A stretch of 63,786 nt of DNA, the filler included, from Nemertoderma westbladi (taxonomy: Eukaryota > Animalia > Xenacoelomorpha): assembly GCA_032718475.1 (NCBI GenBank). It is 4 parts of 4 records of this genome, joined end to end, with 100 filler letters (N's around TTAATTAATTAA, not from the genome) between each part and the next. Parts side by side here need not be neighbours in the genome. Positions count along the whole stretch, not along the records: positions 59,178 to 63,786 come from JAUCBJ010007008.1; 3 more parts are not named here. One strand, 5' to 3'. Positions 62,684 to 63,786 of this stretch are shown here, piece after piece. The position numbers and the translations under genes were made by a program. Each line of letters starts with the position of its first letter. The stretch's first letter is position 1. Under the pieces are notes generated by a model, which saw nothing but the letters and a program-made list of their open reading frames with translations, did not search any database and had not been told where the DNA came from.

Positions 62684-63786
62684 TATTTCCATAGTTATTA
62701 TTGTCCAGCTTTACTATAGTATAACTACGATATGCTGTATGCTTTTTCATATAAAATATAATGAATTTGATATGGTGTCATAATAAATACATTCATATTT
62801 GCATTGTGATTCTCAATAGAAGTGGCCAAAACCATGTTAAAAAAAATGAATTTCACAAAAGTATGGAAAACCGTAATAAATTCGAGACCTTTTTTAAGGC
62901 CGGATCCAATGCTGCTATTGGTTGATCCTATTAGGTCATTGATTTATTTTTACAAAACAAAGAGCATTGTCCAGCATGTACCTCGCCCACGCCTTAATGT
63001 ACATTTTATTTGAAATAAAAGGTCGGCTCCTTATCGGGCCGCTAGGCCAATCTCTAGTAACATAGAGTACTAAAAGACAGTTCACATTCAAAACCAGGTT
63101 AAATGCCAATATTGTGACCCCAGAATTAAGGCTCACTCTTGTCTTAGAATATATTAAATAAAGCGCCCATGAATAAGATAAAGCGGCCACTATAATATAT
63201 TCTATAAAATTGTAGTGGGGTCAGGGAATGTTTCCAAAAAATTGAGGGTCAGGGAAAATTGAGATTATTAAGAAGGCAAAACCGGAGTGTAAAACGCTTA
63301 TATTCTATTTCGTCAAAGTAACTTAATGATGATATAAAAATAATAATTTATTTATATAATGAAATTAAGTTTTTTCGCTGTTTGATAACAACTTAATTTC
63401 AATGACCTCTTCAACTTTTAGGAAACCTCCACAATTTGTATCTTGATTACCTTTGTTTTATTCATTATTGTTTATTAATATTATTTAGTGCTCTTCATTG
63501 TTTTAATTTAATTAATTATTTTATTTCATATTCGAATAAACGTTACCAGTTATCAAAACTCTATTGTATTTAGTTTGTGGAACTAGCTGGCCTTGATGGA
63601 TCGCGAGCTTTAAAGTATTTATTTGAATCGCGCGCCAAACTCGAGTTACTTCCGACTGCCGCGCGAAGATGTTGTTTTTCCTTGTGTAACAACACGGCGA
63701 TGTTGCGTCTCGTTTCGTTCATACTAAGTCCGTTGCTGTGGTTGATAGACTGAAAGCGATGGACAGCCGCATCAACAGCAGTCCTA

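Overview
AT-rich eukaryotic (invertebrate-type animal) genomic scaffold with three N-gaps that contain an artificial TTAATTAATTAA spacer. The left ~27 kb holds the 3' part of a group II p21-activated kinase gene (PAK4/5/6/mbt-like). I could splice ten exons of it in continuous phase; the CRIB-containing 5' part is probably outside the window. Its introns are filled by a 27-bp satellite, an L2 LINE fragment, a complete but defective P-superfamily transposon (THAP plus transposase, ~146-bp TIRs, 7-bp TSD), a Helentron/DINE-like element with a 315-bp tandem array, an 18-bp minisatellite, SINEs, MITEs and RTE LINEs. Further right are a 35-bp satellite, a three-level transposon nest, four conserved genes with uninterrupted CDSs (EXOSC2/RRP4, ORC3, MIER1-like, RALBP1) and a three-exon multi-pass membrane protein gene. 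The most notable observations are: (i) a satellite whose monomer looks like an amplified branch point plus 3' splice site and runs directly into the real acceptor; (ii) a RALBP1 whose GAP arginine finger is replaced; (iii) four normally intron-rich genes with no CDS introns; (iv) a Helentron-like family that amplifies CTCF-like motifs; (v) RFX X-boxes in the P-element TIRs. All family assignments come from motif recognition by eye, with no database searches, and I cannot establish that any observation is novel.
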